The translations under genes and the position numbers were made by a program. Source: Eledone cirrhosa (Eukaryota). Taken from it: a DNA stretch of 64,000 nt. The first letter of the stretch is position 1; every line of letters starts with the position of its first letter. The notes beneath the pieces were generated by a model that was not told the DNA's origin, ran no database searches, and saw only the letters and a program-made list of their open reading frames with translations. Where the stretch lies: assembly GCA_964016885.1 (NCBI GenBank), contig OZ024740.1, forward strand, positions 385,268,001 through 385,332,000, written 5' to 3'. Below, in pieces: positions 47,700-62,678 of the stretch.

Positions 47700-49220
47700 C
47701 TAGAACTGGGATCAATGGTGAAACAATACAGCTGAAACTAGACTTCTACGAGGGTGATGAAGTAGGCAGAATGTGCTCCGGTAAATAACCATCAAAAGAT
47801 CTGGTGGTACAAAAACAAAATGCAGAAAAGACTTGCGTTGCAAACATGTTTTTTTTTTTATACAGTCTTTATACCTGGGTTTTGGTTAATGCATTGGCCG
47901 TTTGCCTTTGGCTAACTCCCCGTACAGTAACTGCTTATGAATACGATGACCGTCATAGCGCAATCTATATTGAATTATGAGAGATTCAAAACTTCGAAAT
48001 TGACTTCGTTCCAGCACATCAGCATTACTTATATGTGATTGCCAATTGATACCGAGTATTCTGTGAAGGCACTGTTGATGAAAATATTTAAGAATTTTCA
48101 TATTTCGCTGCTATGTGACCCAGCTTTCACATACATTCAACAATGAAGACAATACACATTTTCTGTATACCTTTAACTTTTTATCAATGAAAATCTCACG
48201 TCAAAACAAGAGACGCCCATTTAATTTACCAAAAGAATAACGTTGTTTCTTTAATCGTAAAGAATATTCGTCATCAAGGGTGTTTGTCAATCTGCCCAGC
48301 GTGATCTTACACAAAACTTTCCACAACTGAAAGGAAGGCTATCCCTCCATAATTACTACAATCATCCTTTCCACCTTTTCCTTTATAAAGCACAACCATC
48401 AATGCACCTTTCCAGTCTTAGAAAACGCTTCCTTCCTCCTATACTTTGGAAGAAGTCGAAGAACATTTCGACTTCCACAGTTAGGTACCTCAGCATAAAT
48501 ACCATCCCTCCCTGGCGACTTTCCATTATTGAGTTGTTTTACAGCGAATTTCTGCTAGTACATCATTTGTGGCCAACTAGGAATTCAGTCAATAAACTCC
48601 CCTTTGACCTGAGAAGGCCTATTCAAAAGTGTTCATTGAAGTGTTCTCTCCATCTCAAAAGGATGTCTTTTGGGTCTCTAAACAATTCGTTGCCTTTTGG
48701 GGATCTCAGAAGTGCAAATGGAGACGAATAAGGACCATAGGCTTCTCATAATAAACAGTAAAGTACCTTTGTACTGTGGCATCAGCTGCAGCCCGAATCT
48801 CCTTCGCTTTACTTCTCCACCATGCATCTTCCTCATTTTCATCAAACCAATCTTGATGTTTCCTGTTAATAAAACCAAGAACAGATGTTTTATTGAAGCA
48901 GTTTTAATCAGAGCAATATTTAATTTCTTTGGGACAAAACTATTTACTCGTATTTTCGGCTTCAATACAAATTTTACCATAGTGCGAACAAGAAGGATGG
49001 TATGTCTAGCACTCAGCTCCTTGCAACACACGAACATTACAGATGTCTCCAAAATCACGCCAACACATAAGAACAAGATCTATCTACCTATGCTTTTAAT
49101 GTTGATGCATCCAGGTTGTTTTCTTCTTCTCCCTGTGCTGGAAGAAAGTGTTTGCTATACAAGCCATTGCTATTACATTTACCAACTCCATCCCAATGTC
49201 TGTGGTGCTTTCCTACTCTA
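47700..49220 (-). pseudogene. Heavily decayed, internally deleted RTE LINE
   Basis: Remnants RKHQDWFDENEE, KQLNNGKSPGRDGIYAEV and FHQQCLHRILGINWQSHISNADVL...QLLYGELAKGKR. Confidence 0.8.
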
Positions 49221-49699
49221 GAGTTAACATTTTCGACGCATCTGGACCTTTGAATTACAGGTGCAACTCGTTTTTGCCAGCCGAGTAGACTGGAGCTATG
49301 TAAAACATAGTGTCTTGCTCAAGGACACAACGCGTCACCGGTAAAGAATTAACTTCCATACATATTAATATACATCTGTGCGTGTCTGTGTTATTACATA
49401 GTATATGTGTATATACAATGGAAACCGCATAATGTTATAAGTTTATTGCGATTAAATCATTGGGTCCAAAAATGGTTCAAGATATTGTTTGGTGTTATCG
49501 GGTGGCTACTGTTATCTCAAATGCGTTGTTGCATAGTAACCAGTGAGCGACTTTCATTGTATGTACACACACATTTTTGCTGCTTAGTCATTAGTCAGAG
49601 AAGGAAGGGCTGCGCACAGTGACCTTTGCAGGACCTCAAACACTTGTGGGAGGGAGAGGAAGAAAGATGAATCACGACCTATTGATTGATATATTTATC

Positions 49700-50746
49700 T
49701 ATACGTATATATATATATATATGTGTGTATATATATATATTATATATGTGTATATATATATATATGTGTGTATATATATGTGTATATATATATATGTGTG
49801 TGCATATATATATGTGTGTATATATATATATATGTGTGTGCATATATATATGTGTGTGTATATATATATATATGTGTGTGTATATATATGTGTGTGTGTA
49901 TATATATATGTGTGTGTGCATATATGTGTGTGCATATATGTGTGTATATATATGTGTGTATATATATGTGTGTGTATATATATATATATGTGTGTGTATA
50001 TATATATATGTGTGTGTATATATATATATGTGTGTGTATATATATATATGTGTGTGTATATATATATATGTGTGTGTATATATATATATGTGTGTGTATA
50101 TATATATATGTGTATATATATATATGTGTGTATATATATATATGTGTGTGCATATATATATGTGTGTGTATATATATATATATATGTGTGTATATATATA
50201 TGTGTGTGTGTATATATATGTGTGTGTGTATATATATGTGTGTGTGCATATATGTGTGTGCATATATGTGTGTGCATATATGTGTGTATATATATATATG
50301 TGTGTATATATATATGTGTGTATATATATATATGTGTGTATATATATATGTGTGTGTATATATATGTGTGTATATATATATATGTGTGTGTATATATATA
50401 TATGTGTGTGTATATATATATATGTGTGTGTGTATATATATATATGTGTGTGTGTATATATATATATGTGTGTGTGTATATATATATATGTGTGTGTGTA
50501 TATATATATATGTGTGTGTGTATATATATATATGTGTGTGTATATATATATATATATGTGTGTGTATATATATATATGTGTGTGTATATATATATATATG
50601 TGTGTGTGTATATATATATATATATGTGTGTGTATATATATATATATATGTGTGTGTATATATATATATATGTGTGTGTATATATATATATATGTGTGTG
50701 TATATATATATATATGTGTGTGTATATATATATGTATGTGTGTGTG

Positions 50747-50777
<31 letters not shown>

Positions 50778-50830
50778 ATATATATGTGTGTGTGTGTATA
50801 TATGTGTGTACATATACACACACACATACG
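49700..50830. repeat. Compound (TG)n(TA)n microsatellite
   Basis: Direct inspection. Confidence 0.97.
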
Positions 50831-51987
50831 CACGCACAACGAATGAAAATCCAATCAACGCTGTAAGTTAAATATGTTAATACACACACAAATGATAAAA
50901 ATGATAATTATTGGTTGAAAGTCAATCCTATTACAATAATCTATGAGCGAAACATTTTCCCTGGATTTTCTGATCTTACTAAACCAACTTCTTTTTCCTG
51001 TTATTCATGTTCTTCTGGTTTAACTCTAGAGCAGCCGATTGGGTAGATCATCTTGTTTTTTTTCCTCTGTTCAGTTAAGACAAGAAAAGATAAGACAGCG
51101 TTATTCAATATGTTTTTCTATAAGACTGCGAAGTGTGATTTGAAGGAGTTTTGGCTGCTGCCTTTAGTGACTACTTAGTAGTTCCTTCGTTGGCTCGTTG
51201 TTCACTACACCTGTTTTTGTGACTTTTCTTTTTTTTTGTGTATACCACAAATATATGTGTGTGTGGAGAGAGAGAAAGAGAGGGTGGAAGAGACTGTGTC
51301 TGTGTGTTTCGCACAATGATGGTTTATTTGGTACTTCTGCATGAAAAGTACCCAGAAACTATGTCAGAGGTTAGTTCAAATCGGCATTATTCATCCAGGC
51401 AGAGAGAGAAAGACCGTGTTGTTCTACTTACATGTGCGTGTGCGTGCTAACAGTTGTGTGAGGCTTAGAGGGAAGGTGGTGAGATCTCCGACCCCTTAAA
51501 GCACACATGCACATGGGCTTCTATATGCTCTTAGTATTTTCTGAAATGACCTACTAATTTGTATATAATTAGCTCTCCTGTAGGTAGTTAAGATATATAT
51601 TAGGAAGTAAGCTAACAACCGAAGTGTACGATAAAGTTATATCAGTATACATACTGAGAGCGTAACTCTGACTGCATCAGTGTGTATATAAATATACACA
51701 TATTTATATGTAGGCATGTGGACATGCCAGGAAATACAAATGTCCTTGTAAATTGTAAAAACGATTTTCGGACCTATTTGGACCCTCACCAGAAGACGGT
51801 GCATACAATCATCGAAACAATCTCAACGAAACACGTGTTTGATGAACTTATATACCACTTCGCTGTACACTCAGCTGGGGTGGCCATATCTACATGTTAC
51901 GTGTATGAATATTAATAAAAACTAAATTATTTCTCTTGCACTAGTTGACTACTTTTATTCATTTCTCCTTTCCACAAATATGTTTGC

Positions 51988-52037
<50 letters not shown>

Positions 52038-52624
52038 TATGAATGTATATTTCTATGTATGTATGCATGTAAGTATACACACGTACACAAACACGTGTGT
52101 TTGGTGGGGGAACTAATTGTTGTTTCTCTATACACAAATCGCTAATGTGATTTAGATTGTTTCTCTTTAGTCTTGATAGGCGGGAGGGGAGTATGTCTGG
52201 AGGCGATTTGATCGAGGACATGGCTAACAATTTGTTTTGAACCAGGCGTAATACCTATTGTTCTTATACTACTAGCGCATATAGCATAGGCAATCTTTGT
52301 TGTTAATCCTATGCTTTGTTAATCATTATCTCGTTTCATTCCCTATGTAGATCTAACAATAAAGCACAATAGACAAATCTGTCATATTTTTTCATTATTA
52401 ATAATCTAAACCTGTCCAGACAGCATTTTAATACCGGTTGCACTAGAGTCTTTTTATATGTGTATATTTTAGTATTTTATTTTCTACGAAACTTATTATC
52501 TATCCTTCTTTTATATTTAAAAAATTAACTTGTCTTATAATGGAGCTTAATTCAGCATTTAATATCCTCCCTGCTCTCTTGCGCGCATGCTGGTTACTGT
52601 ATTTATATAGCAGGAATTGTAAAC

Positions 52625-52850
52625 ACAGGCTTGCCTAAGTGGTTAAGAACTTTGCTTCACAATTAGGAGGTCCAGGGTTCGATCCTACTGTTTGGTATCT
52701 TGACCAGAGTCCACTCAAGCCCTTTGAGTGAAATTGGGGAGCTAGAAGGCTGTTTGGAAGACCGCCGGATGAGTCGTACCTATAATGCAATGGTCCATCC
52801 ATGCCATATGCTGTGTCACGCTGATTCGACATGGAAATTACATTAGAATA
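52625..52850 (+). mobile_element. Decayed tRNA-derived SINE
   Basis: A box-like TTGCCTAAGTGGTTAAG and B box GGTTCGATCC. Confidence 0.55.
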
Positions 52851-53483
52851 CTCAGTAATTTACACAGTTCTTCAATATGTGGACATTCCGTTGATTGATC
52901 AACTCGGTGGTCATCGTCGAAATCAACGAAGGATCATCATATCAAACACCACTTTTAAGAATTTTGTGCGAATTAAAAAAAAGAATCCATAGATTCATTT
53001 TGTTTAAGCACTCCATTCTACCTTTTGTTGGTTTCGACCATCAGGATTCCAGTTGTTCAATTAACAGAACAGCTTGCTCGTGAAATTAATGTGTAAGTGG
53101 CTGAGTATTCCACAGACACGTTTGTTCTTAACGTAATTCTCAGAGATCCATTGTGAAAGTGTGTGACTACTTTTGGATTACAGTTGGGCTCCAAACAACT
53201 TACATCTTCGTAATCTCACTCACTTGACCAAGATGCCACACTGGGGGATAGAACTCGGAACCTTCTGATTGTGTGGCGATCTTCTTAACCATTAAGTCAT
53301 GCTGCGTACATTATTTATTTTTTATATGGTGTGTGGAAGTTCTTGAACCAATCCTTGTAAATCGATCTACGAGTTACGGATTAAGGGCAAAAACGATATA
53401 GTTAATAAAATGGTTTATTGATTCCTATGAATACTATTGATACTTTAAAAGATTCATAGCGTGTATCTCCCTCCCCCTTCCCC

Positions 53484-53540
<57 letters not shown>

Positions 53541-54137
53541 AGCTAGATTTCAAAGACTAAAATGACTAAGTTTACTTTGAAAAAAAAAACGAAAAAAGGT
53601 ATTGCCCTCTGAGAAAGGAAATCGGATTAATTTTATTGTAAACATGAAAAAGAACCTGCATTTAGCTTCATCTCTTACCTTTAGCGACTTGTAGTAAAGT
53701 TAATGATACTGGCAGACACTTCCAATTTGAAATAAAAAGCCCAGCAAATCCTGAACATTTTCACAAGAAAGCATGTGTTTATGTGTGTAGCCACATGAAA
53801 TTACTTCCACGAAAATAACACCGCAAGGATGAGATAAGATAAAAGTTATTGTTATTCGTTTCATTCTCTTTGGTTTAACGTATCGAACGTAAGTCTTTAA
53901 TCAGTGACGGCGAGTGGGGATGAAAAAAGGTTAAAAATTGTACTACAATATCATCTAATAATTTAAATATATTTATAAAATCAAAAGTGCGTCTGAGTGA
54001 GTCACTATTCGGGCTTTCCCGTTACCGATACTCAGGATCGCCTAAGAATTGGTAAACAGAAATTCCAAGTATTCAATAAATATTATTCTACTCTAAGTCA
54101 CCTGAATGAGTTTTCTTTTTCTTCTTTTCACTCTTTT

Positions 54138-54420
54138 GTTACTCACATCATATTGAACCCATACTCGCCGTTGTCCGAGATCACCGAAGTTAAGCAACGT
54201 CGGGTCTAGTTAGATGGCTGACACCTTGGAACACCCAGGCGTTGTAAACTTAAAAACACACTGTAAAGTGATTGGTGTTAGGAAGGACATCCAGCCGTAG
54301 AAACCACACCTAATTTGAAACATAAGAGTCAAGACGTGGTTCCTTGACCAGTCGAATATCAGACCGTAGCTACCCGTCCAACCCATGTCAGAATGGAAAG
54401 CGGACGTAAAGGTTGATAAC
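54138..54420 (+). mobile_element. 5S rRNA-derived SINE (SINE3-like) with RTE 3' tail
   Basis: 54138-54251 resembles 5S rRNA (GATCACCGAAGTTAAGCAACGTCGGG..GTTAG..ATGG.TGAC..GGAA.ACC..G.GTTGTA). 54257-54420 matches the RTE 3'UTR at 30627-30797. Confidence 0.75.
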
Positions 54421-54814
54421 TAATCTAACATACATGTAAGAATACACACTCGAAATACAATAGAATGTATATATATATTAGTATTGAAATAAATATCTTA
54501 TTATATTTGTCTTATAAAATTTCAAATATGAATTAGGTAGGGGAAAAATACTAAGAGACATGCTCAACATGAAACTAAATGGTAAACTCGCTGCTCATGT
54601 AGTGAGCAATGAAATTTAATTAAAATTCTACTCGTGGGTAAGGGGAAGAACCATTAGTTTAATTATCAATTCTAGTCAAGAGAGGTAGGTGTGATTCGTT
54701 GTGGATAGGTAGCAAGAGAAAATATTTTTCTCCAAATTGACCAAGTTCGCGTTCCTCTTGACTATTGTCCACATTTTAATGCTATTTAGATTTAAAATGT
54801 ACGGCGAATATTAT

Positions 54815-55170
54815 TCTTTAACTGGTTTCATTCATTAAACTGCGATCATGCTCGGGCAACGCCTTAAAAGAATTTTAGTCGTTCATGTGGATCCCAATAT
54901 TTATTATTTTTCAAATCTGGTACTTCATCGTTGTCATTTTGTCTAACTGCCAAGTTACAGGACATAATTAAACAAACGTAAACACAGTCAAGGACACACG
55001 CACGCACGCACGACGGGCTTCCATGCTGTTTCCGTCTGCTAAATTTCATTCACAAAACATTGGTTAACCTGAGCTTAGAAAAAAACACTTGTTCAACGTG
55101 CCATGCAGCTAGTTGGAATTCTAAATCGTGTGGTTGCGAAGCAACACCTTGACCTAAGTTATGACTGCAA
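54815..55170 (-). mobile_element. tRNA SINE with CR1-type 3' end
   Basis: Reverse complement of 54822-54864 (GGCGTTGCCCGAGCATGATCGCAG...TGAAACCAG) resembles the LINE 3' end at 44624-44665. Confidence 0.6.
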
Positions 55171-57668
55171 AGACAGTAGTTAAGTTGATGTTATCTTATT
55201 AGAGGTAATAAGCATTAAACATTTAATTAGAAACAATTATGCGCTAGAAATGGAAAAAACATTTGATCAATGATTGATATTATGTTATGCATGTGAGAGC
55301 GCCAGACAGCTCCTCGGTTGTTTCGTTTTTATTTAAACTCTTCAGCGAAGCATTTATTTTGTAGATTATACAGAATATTGTGCGCAACTTATATAGTTTA
55401 ATTATTCAGAGACACCATCCTGATGAAAAATTATAGTTAAGTTAGTAATTAAACTCTAATTTATGTTATTACTTGCACATATAAGTGCTTGCGGAGATGC
55501 GTGGTGTATTTTCACGAATTTTTTTTAACCTTTTTAGATACCATATTACCAATGCAAAACATTGCGTATAATTTTCAAATATTCAAAACTTCAGAAGGAT
55601 TTCTTAATATAATTAACTTCCTATTACTTAAGCTGATGTTTGGCGCAAGGCTTAACATTGGTACTTCCAAAACATTACGATGAAATATCTTCAGATAAAA
55701 AGAAAAACAAAATAATTTTCTATCACAGAACCAGGAGTGGTTTCGTATCAAAAAGATTTCTTAATATGTTATTCAGGACAGGAGAATTAGTGATATCTCG
55801 TAATTTTTTGCCAACACTGCAAGACTGGTAAGATTCGTGTTCTACAGGGAATAACCAGTAGGTTAACCCAAACAATTGTCAGAGTGAATTAGGTGGTCTT
55901 TAAACTGGACTGTGGCTTATGTCCACCAGAGATAGAACGAAGTTTCTGAACACATCCTACGATTTGTCCACAAGCTATAAGCTGGGTATTGAGTGCTTCA
56001 ATGCGCCTGATTTTCTTACCACTTTTGGCCTATGAGTATAGTTTAATGTATTGACATTTCTTAAAATAAATATTTACAATAATTGATATTTGTGAACCGG
56101 AAGTGCATATCCATCATACGAAGCAAATGCAAAAAGTCAGATGTTCTTGATTCATATCCGCTACGTATGTTCATCAATCATATACGGATACAGTGCAAGA
56201 ATGCTTCTGACTTACTCATGTACACACATTCAACCATGAGGTGGGTAAGTGCACTTGAACGTATATTCAGTAACATTATAGTGGTGGAGCACATAGTGTA
56301 TATTCGGTAACATTATAGTGGTGTATGCACAGAGGATGTGAGTTTGATATATTTCCGTTTAGCTCTTCTTATTTTCTTGCGTTGTAAATTTTCTTTCTGT
56401 TTCTGATTACTAAGTTATTGCTATTTCATTCCATATGTCACGAATGCCATTGAGGAGAAAAAAAGCATATGTAAAAATATTCATTAAATTGGCGAGATCT
56501 TTCATTATATTGTACGCGGGTGTGTGCACACTTTTACACACACTTTAGGTTTCCTAACTTCCTACTTTTTATTTGTTATAAATATCGTTTTATATGGAAT
56601 TTATTTTAGTCGAGACAGAAATGTCATTCCGTCAGAGAGAGAAAAAAAGACACCTTGATTTTCAAGCTTGTGCTGCTTCAGTGCAGTGAAAGTGTGCGTT
56701 CTCTAGTGAATTACAAAGCATTGCCAGATAAGACACAATGGGCTTCATAATAAATCTTCTGTATCGTGGTTGTTAAGGATTTTCAAAATTGACAAAAAGT
56801 ATCAATTGTTTTTCAAAGAAACAGTCGATTTAATTTAACCAGTTTTATTTATTTATATAGTTATTTATCTACCATATTTCCTGGTGCCGAAGATTGTTCG
56901 ACTTCGAAATACAGCCCAATTTTAGTTTGGAAATTTCAAAAAAAAAAAAAAGGTCTCAGTACTTTCATGTACTTTACTAAGGTGCTTTATTAATGATTTA
57001 ATGACATATAGATAGTTTTTATCGCATTTTTCTTTTACTTGCACCGGATAAAATGTTAACAGGCTTCTTTCGTCACTTAATAATAATAAGGGACCGGATG
57101 TGCTGCAATTAAGTATACTGTTTAAATTGTGTTATACTTTTTGGGTTATTTCCTATCTTAACTAAGAATAATTTATATACTTCATTTATCACTTATACGT
57201 GATATCTTGTTTAACAGACAACCTGGTGTTAAAATGGGTTCATGAAATGTGTAACTAACGTTCGCCCTCTAGGACGTACGGTACATTTTCGAGACTTATT
57301 TTAGAAATAAAAAATGTTGTCGACGCCCGGAAATATGTCTATTTTATATAGCAATTTGAGAACAATAGCGTCGCTTTTTTCAGCTTTCCAGTGGGAGCAA
57401 TTATTGATTCACTGCATTTCTGGTGGTAAGCATGACAAGGAAGTGTATAACTTCGTTCATAAAACACCTTTATTCTTCACTGGTGTTAATATACATCACC
57501 GATATAAATCGGCGAAAATACATATATACCTATATACTAATAAATTACAGGTTCGATAACAGTACTTTGTTTCAATGCTATACTGTACTGCAAGATATAT
57601 CAATAGTCTTTAGTCAACACAGTAATAGACAGCTGTAAACAATTTATCTTTATATAAAGAAAAGATTA

Positions 57669-57699
<31 letters not shown>

Positions 57700-57882
57700 T
57701 GCATGAGGTGTCAAATCCCTAAACTCTGTATATATCAATAAAGGATCTGATGCCATATTCTTTTATTAATATATAATGCTCCGGCTTCCACCATTTATAC
57801 AGGTCGTTGAGCGCTTCCTTTTATCAGCTTCACAACCGACAGACCATAATGTGGTCCACACATCCCTGTTCGGTTAACCCCA

Positions 57883-57923
<41 letters not shown>

Positions 57924-57979
57924 TTTGCGAGATAAGCAAACTACACATGCACTGAATTAAGGACTCGTGTACAGTATAT

Positions 57980-58950
57980 AAAGTCAATATACTAATGTGA
58001 GCTATTTCTGGAAGTTTTATGCGCTAGAATTTTTATGCTGAAGGTTGAAAAGAATGTCACCAGTGTATAAAGCTGCAAAAGATCGTCCCACGTTGTTGTT
58101 AGACGTAAATGTCACTGGATACTTGAAACTTAAACCATTGCTTGTTAGTCATTCTGATACTTTAAAACCAATGAAAGGAGTCTCCAATTCAAGTATGGTG
58201 TACGGAAATCCCGCAGAAAAGCTTGGGTTACGCAGGAGTTGTTTACGAATTGTTCGTTGAACATTTCTACTTTGCTATCAAACATTACTGCTGGAAGAAT
58301 AATTTCGAACCCAAGGCATTTTTGTTTTTGGATAACACTCCTGGTCATTTTCATAATTCGATTCACTTCAAACGTGCCAATCAATTGAAGTATTTTTGAT
58401 TTTACCAATTACACTGCTCTTAACTGAGGACCAAACATACTTATTTTCGTTTTGAACTTTAAGTCAATTTACTATAGTGACTCTTGCTAAACATCAGTCC
58501 ATCAAAGAATTCTTGGAACATTAGAACATTATGCAATCCACTCAAATTATCAGAGATGTCCGGGAAATAATAAAAGATACTTGTCTCTTTAGAATTTGGA
58601 AAACATTGTTTCCAAATGTAATTAAGAAAGACCATAGAGGATGAAAGACCATAGAGGATGAAACAGCTGTGTACAAAAGGTAGAGGAAGTGGAATTTGTA
58701 AAAGTATAACTATGTTGATATTCAAGACTTATAACACGATTGTAACGAAACACAACTGTCTAGTTCGGATAGGAAAGCAGTGAGTTCTCCATATTGGGTA
58801 TTAACGAAACAGTTCATTAGAGCGACTTTTAGGAAACAATCCAATGTTTGAAGAAAGCACGAAAGTCAAAAGCTATGTAATAATTGTGTTGAATATTTAT
58901 TGTGAAGTGTTAGAGATCCGTAAAAAGTCAAAGCAATCAACCCGTCATGC
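57980..58950 (+). pseudogene. Decayed pogo/Tigger-type (DDE_1) transposase
   Basis: YKAAKDRPTLLLDVNVTGYLKLKPLLV, KAWVTQELF and KAFLFLDNTPGH in shifting frames; TIRs not identified. Confidence 0.78.
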
Positions 58951-61519
58951 CTTTCCACTTTTTAAAATAAACTCTTAACAAAACATGTTGTGACATATTA
59001 AAACAGTTTGAATGTGTCTTTGCACATATAAACTTGCATATCTAATGAGATGTCAAGGCAGAGTCGGGCCACGGTCATTATGATTTTACCCTGAGCTGAA
59101 CGATATTGAAACGATTATATTATGCCAATAAAGCTTATATATATATATTATATATATATGCATGCTGTAACATTGACATCTATGCTGCTTACTTTTATTT
59201 ACAATCTGCACACTACAGGCACCTTAACTCTGTAATACAACCCAACACCAGATGGACCATTGTAACAGTATCGAGTGCTTAGAATGGTGAACCACCTGTA
59301 ACACTTACCTAACATATAATATATAGAGAGAGATAGAATGTGAATGCGTGTGTGATCACGGGTACTATGAGTGTACAGAGAACCTCAGTACAATTCATTA
59401 TATATTCGAAGGAAATAAACAAAACTAGGTCAAGTTTATCAATTGATTCTCAATATCTTGGCGTGATAATATTTTCTTTCTGTTTTCTCCATTCTTTTGT
59501 TAAATATTGTGTGTCTATACTTATTGAAAGTGTCTTTGAATTCTTTAAAATAACCACAATAATAGCATGTTAAATAATATCAATGGAATATTTATTCTTT
59601 TAAATTACCCAGGACGGAAGAATTAAGGATTGAAAAAAATATATCTTATGCATCCTGTAGAAAGGAAACAGGATGTTACATGTTGACTCTTATTTGAACT
59701 TCAAAGTGGCATCATTAACGATTTCGCTATAATTAAAACAACAAAAACGACGAAAAAGTATAGAATTTCAACAAAAAAAATAGTAAACGCGCGAGACAGA
59801 GTATTAGTTAAACCAAATTGTTATTTAAAATTCAAAGTTCGTGACTTCGATCTTCGATCTTTCATTCGAAACGATTTTTATCTTTATTATTATCATATAA
59901 AAAAATACATTATTGTTATTGCTGTTATTTTTATTGTTATTATTAATTGTTGTTTTTAGTTGTAAAAAAAAAAGCCGCCTATTTAGTAAACCTGAACACG
60001 ACAGTTCTGTCTGGCATGACTAATAAACGGTATTCTGCGAGAGTGACTTCTAACTCATAATTAAAACTGTTCAAGAGAAAGATAGTCGACAAGTTTGCTT
60101 ATTCGACATCCCATGACAGCGTGGTAACTGCCATGTTTGAGTTTATAAGCAAATATATGATATTAAATTCTCTACACACGCCGGATATTTAAGTTTAAAA
60201 CCAATAAATAAATAAGATAGATAAATTGAATATAGAGTGCGACTAAGAATAATCACTAGAATTGGCTCTGTGGACACGATGAATCAGAAACATAAACAAG
60301 AGGTGTTTATGAATTTTGATAGTTAAGGTAAGACTGGTGTTTGAGAGAGAGAGAGAGGGTGTGTTTGTTTGAGATAGAGAGAGCTTTGTTGTGGGAAACA
60401 TTAGTCTCTGCTATATTTCACACACACAAACCTTTGTTGTTTATCTATAAATTCAAATTGTGGCTTTTGAAGGCGCTTCCATAGTTTGAATATTTGCAAA
60501 GAGCTACAACTATGAAAATATGTATGGAGAATGATTTATGAAATAATTTATAATTTTATATTAGATATCGTGAGTTTGATTACTTAATTAACTTAATTAG
60601 GTTTTATATCGATTAATTATGTTTTCAATTTAACGGGGAGTTTTACTTGCCATATTTTTAATTTTTTTTTTTTTTTTTGGGGGGGGGGTTCTTTTGAAAT
60701 TCAAACTAGATATGCTTCACTATAAAGAAAACAGAAACTAATATGTGAGTTTTTGGCCTATCAGAATTTTCAATTACTGTTTTAGGCACAATAACTACAC
60801 ATCGCGAGCACAACACAAGCGCTCGCAGACACTTACATACTCCAAGTGTCTTATGATTATAGACATAAAACTTGAAATTTGAAAGAAAGAGGCAGTGTGA
60901 AGTTGTGTTATTCATTATTTTGATACTATTACATTTGATTCAAGTAATGAATTAAACATTCTGTCGTGTTCCGCTGATAGCCAGATGGAATATTTTACGG
61001 TAGCTGTGTTCAGATATTTCGTTTTAAAGGTCGATTAAAAACAAATCTATACTAAAATCGAAATTAATCGAGTATGGCAATAACACCCTGTGTATCAAAA
61101 ATATCTTTCATTATGCCAATATTTTTTTAATCAGTGGGGTAGATTATCAGAATCGTTAAAGCGTCAGAAAAAATAATTTGCGGTATTTAGTGAGAGCTTT
61201 TTACATTCCAGAGTTCAAAGTTCCCCGATGTCAACTTTGCCTTTCATTGTTTCAGGGTCGATAAAATGTAGTACATATCACTAAACTCCTCCAAATTCTG
61301 GATTTCGAAAATCATTTGAAAGCCATGGACAGTAGTGACGTTTCATTAGAAATGTAATAACGAAACTTGTGTATAATAAACGAGTGACCACCACCTCTCT
61401 CTCTCTCTCTCTCTCTGCTTTTAGGCTTTTTTTCTACTACGAGTGGTGCATTGGTAGAAATGCTGGAGCCTTAGTAAAAATGCTTTGCGTCATTTATTTT
61501 GGCTCCTTATATTCTGAAT

Positions 61520-61678
61520 AGACACACTGGAAGAGGAAGACCGAGGTTACATATGTTGATGCCCTAGGGACAGACACTGGTCTCTTGGAGACGCAGGACA
61601 TGGCAGCGATGGTGAGAGACAGAGACCGCTGGAGAGAACTCGTCCATGGATCTCGGGAATTTTACCCGCCCTAGATAG
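61520..61678 (+). mobile_element. Short 5'-truncated RTE LINE insertion with 11-bp TSD, nested in a SINE
   Basis: GRGRP...YVDAL..DTGL...MVRDRDRWRELV remnant; TSD ATATTCTGAAT at 61509-61519 and 61679-61689. Confidence 0.8.
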
Positions 61679-61954
61679 ATATTCTGAATTTAAATCCCAT
61701 CGAGGTGAATTTTGCATTTCATTTTTCCGAGGTTGATCAAATAAAGTACCAGTTAAATACTGGGGTTGATATAATCAACTTTTCCCATCCTACAATTTTC
61801 CGGCCTTTTGCTTCAATCAGAAATCATTATCATTGCCATTCTCTCTTGTCATTAGTTGTATCTCACCATTTCTTTGCATCTCCTTTTTTTCACACGCACT
61901 TTTTGCCATTTCATTTTTCTGTTACTATTTACTTCTAGCTCTTCCTCTTTTTGT

Positions 61955-62134
61955 CCCCTCTCTCTCTTTCTTTCTCTCTTTCCCTCTCTCTTTCTCACTC
62001 GCTCTCTTTCTCTTTCTCTCTACGTATGTATATATATATGTATATGTGTATGTATATATATATATATGTGTGTGTGTGTATATGTGAGTATGTATGTATG
62101 TATATATATATGTGTGAGTATCTATATGTGTATA

Positions 62135-62189
<55 letters not shown>

Positions 62190-62240
62190 ACATGTGTGTG
62201 TGTGTATATATATATATATATACACATATATATATGTATT
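61955..62240. repeat. (CT)n plus (TG)/(TA)n microsatellite (similar tracts at 62505-62676, 62970-63130, 63640-63725)
   Basis: Direct inspection. Confidence 0.9.
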
Positions 62241-62518
62241 CAACTCAACCGGCCTAGCTCTCTAGAATTTCATACCAAAGTACATTAATACGGAAACATA
62301 TCCCATACATTCTCCGGACAAATTTCAAGAAATTCCGGACAAACCCCCTGCACCCGGATATGTCTCTGAAAACAATAACTCTTTACTAAAGTGGAGCATG
62401 ATGTCCAAAATATGACTAATGCGCAAAACTTGACCTAAAAGACTCCATCAGGTGGTGCTATTAAGTTAGACATGACCTGGGCCTAAGTTTAAATCTATAT
62501 TTTATGCATGTGTGTGTA

Positions 62519-62563
<45 letters not shown>

Positions 62564-62642
62564 GTATATATGTATGTGTGTGTGAGTACATATGTATGTG
62601 TACATGTGTGTGTATATATATATATCTGTATATATAAATACG

Positions 62643-62678
<36 letters not shown>

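Noticed and set aside
49619-50889. ORFs of about 400 aa in all six frames
   Set aside because: Microsatellite artefact
54138-54251. Functional 5S rRNA gene
   Set aside because: Internal deletion, diverged 5' half, not in a tandem array, fused to a LINE tail
57699-57886. Possible decayed hammerhead (GCATGAGG..TCCCTAAAC) in a TA-adjacent island
   Set aside because: Both core boxes are mutated, so it cannot be supported
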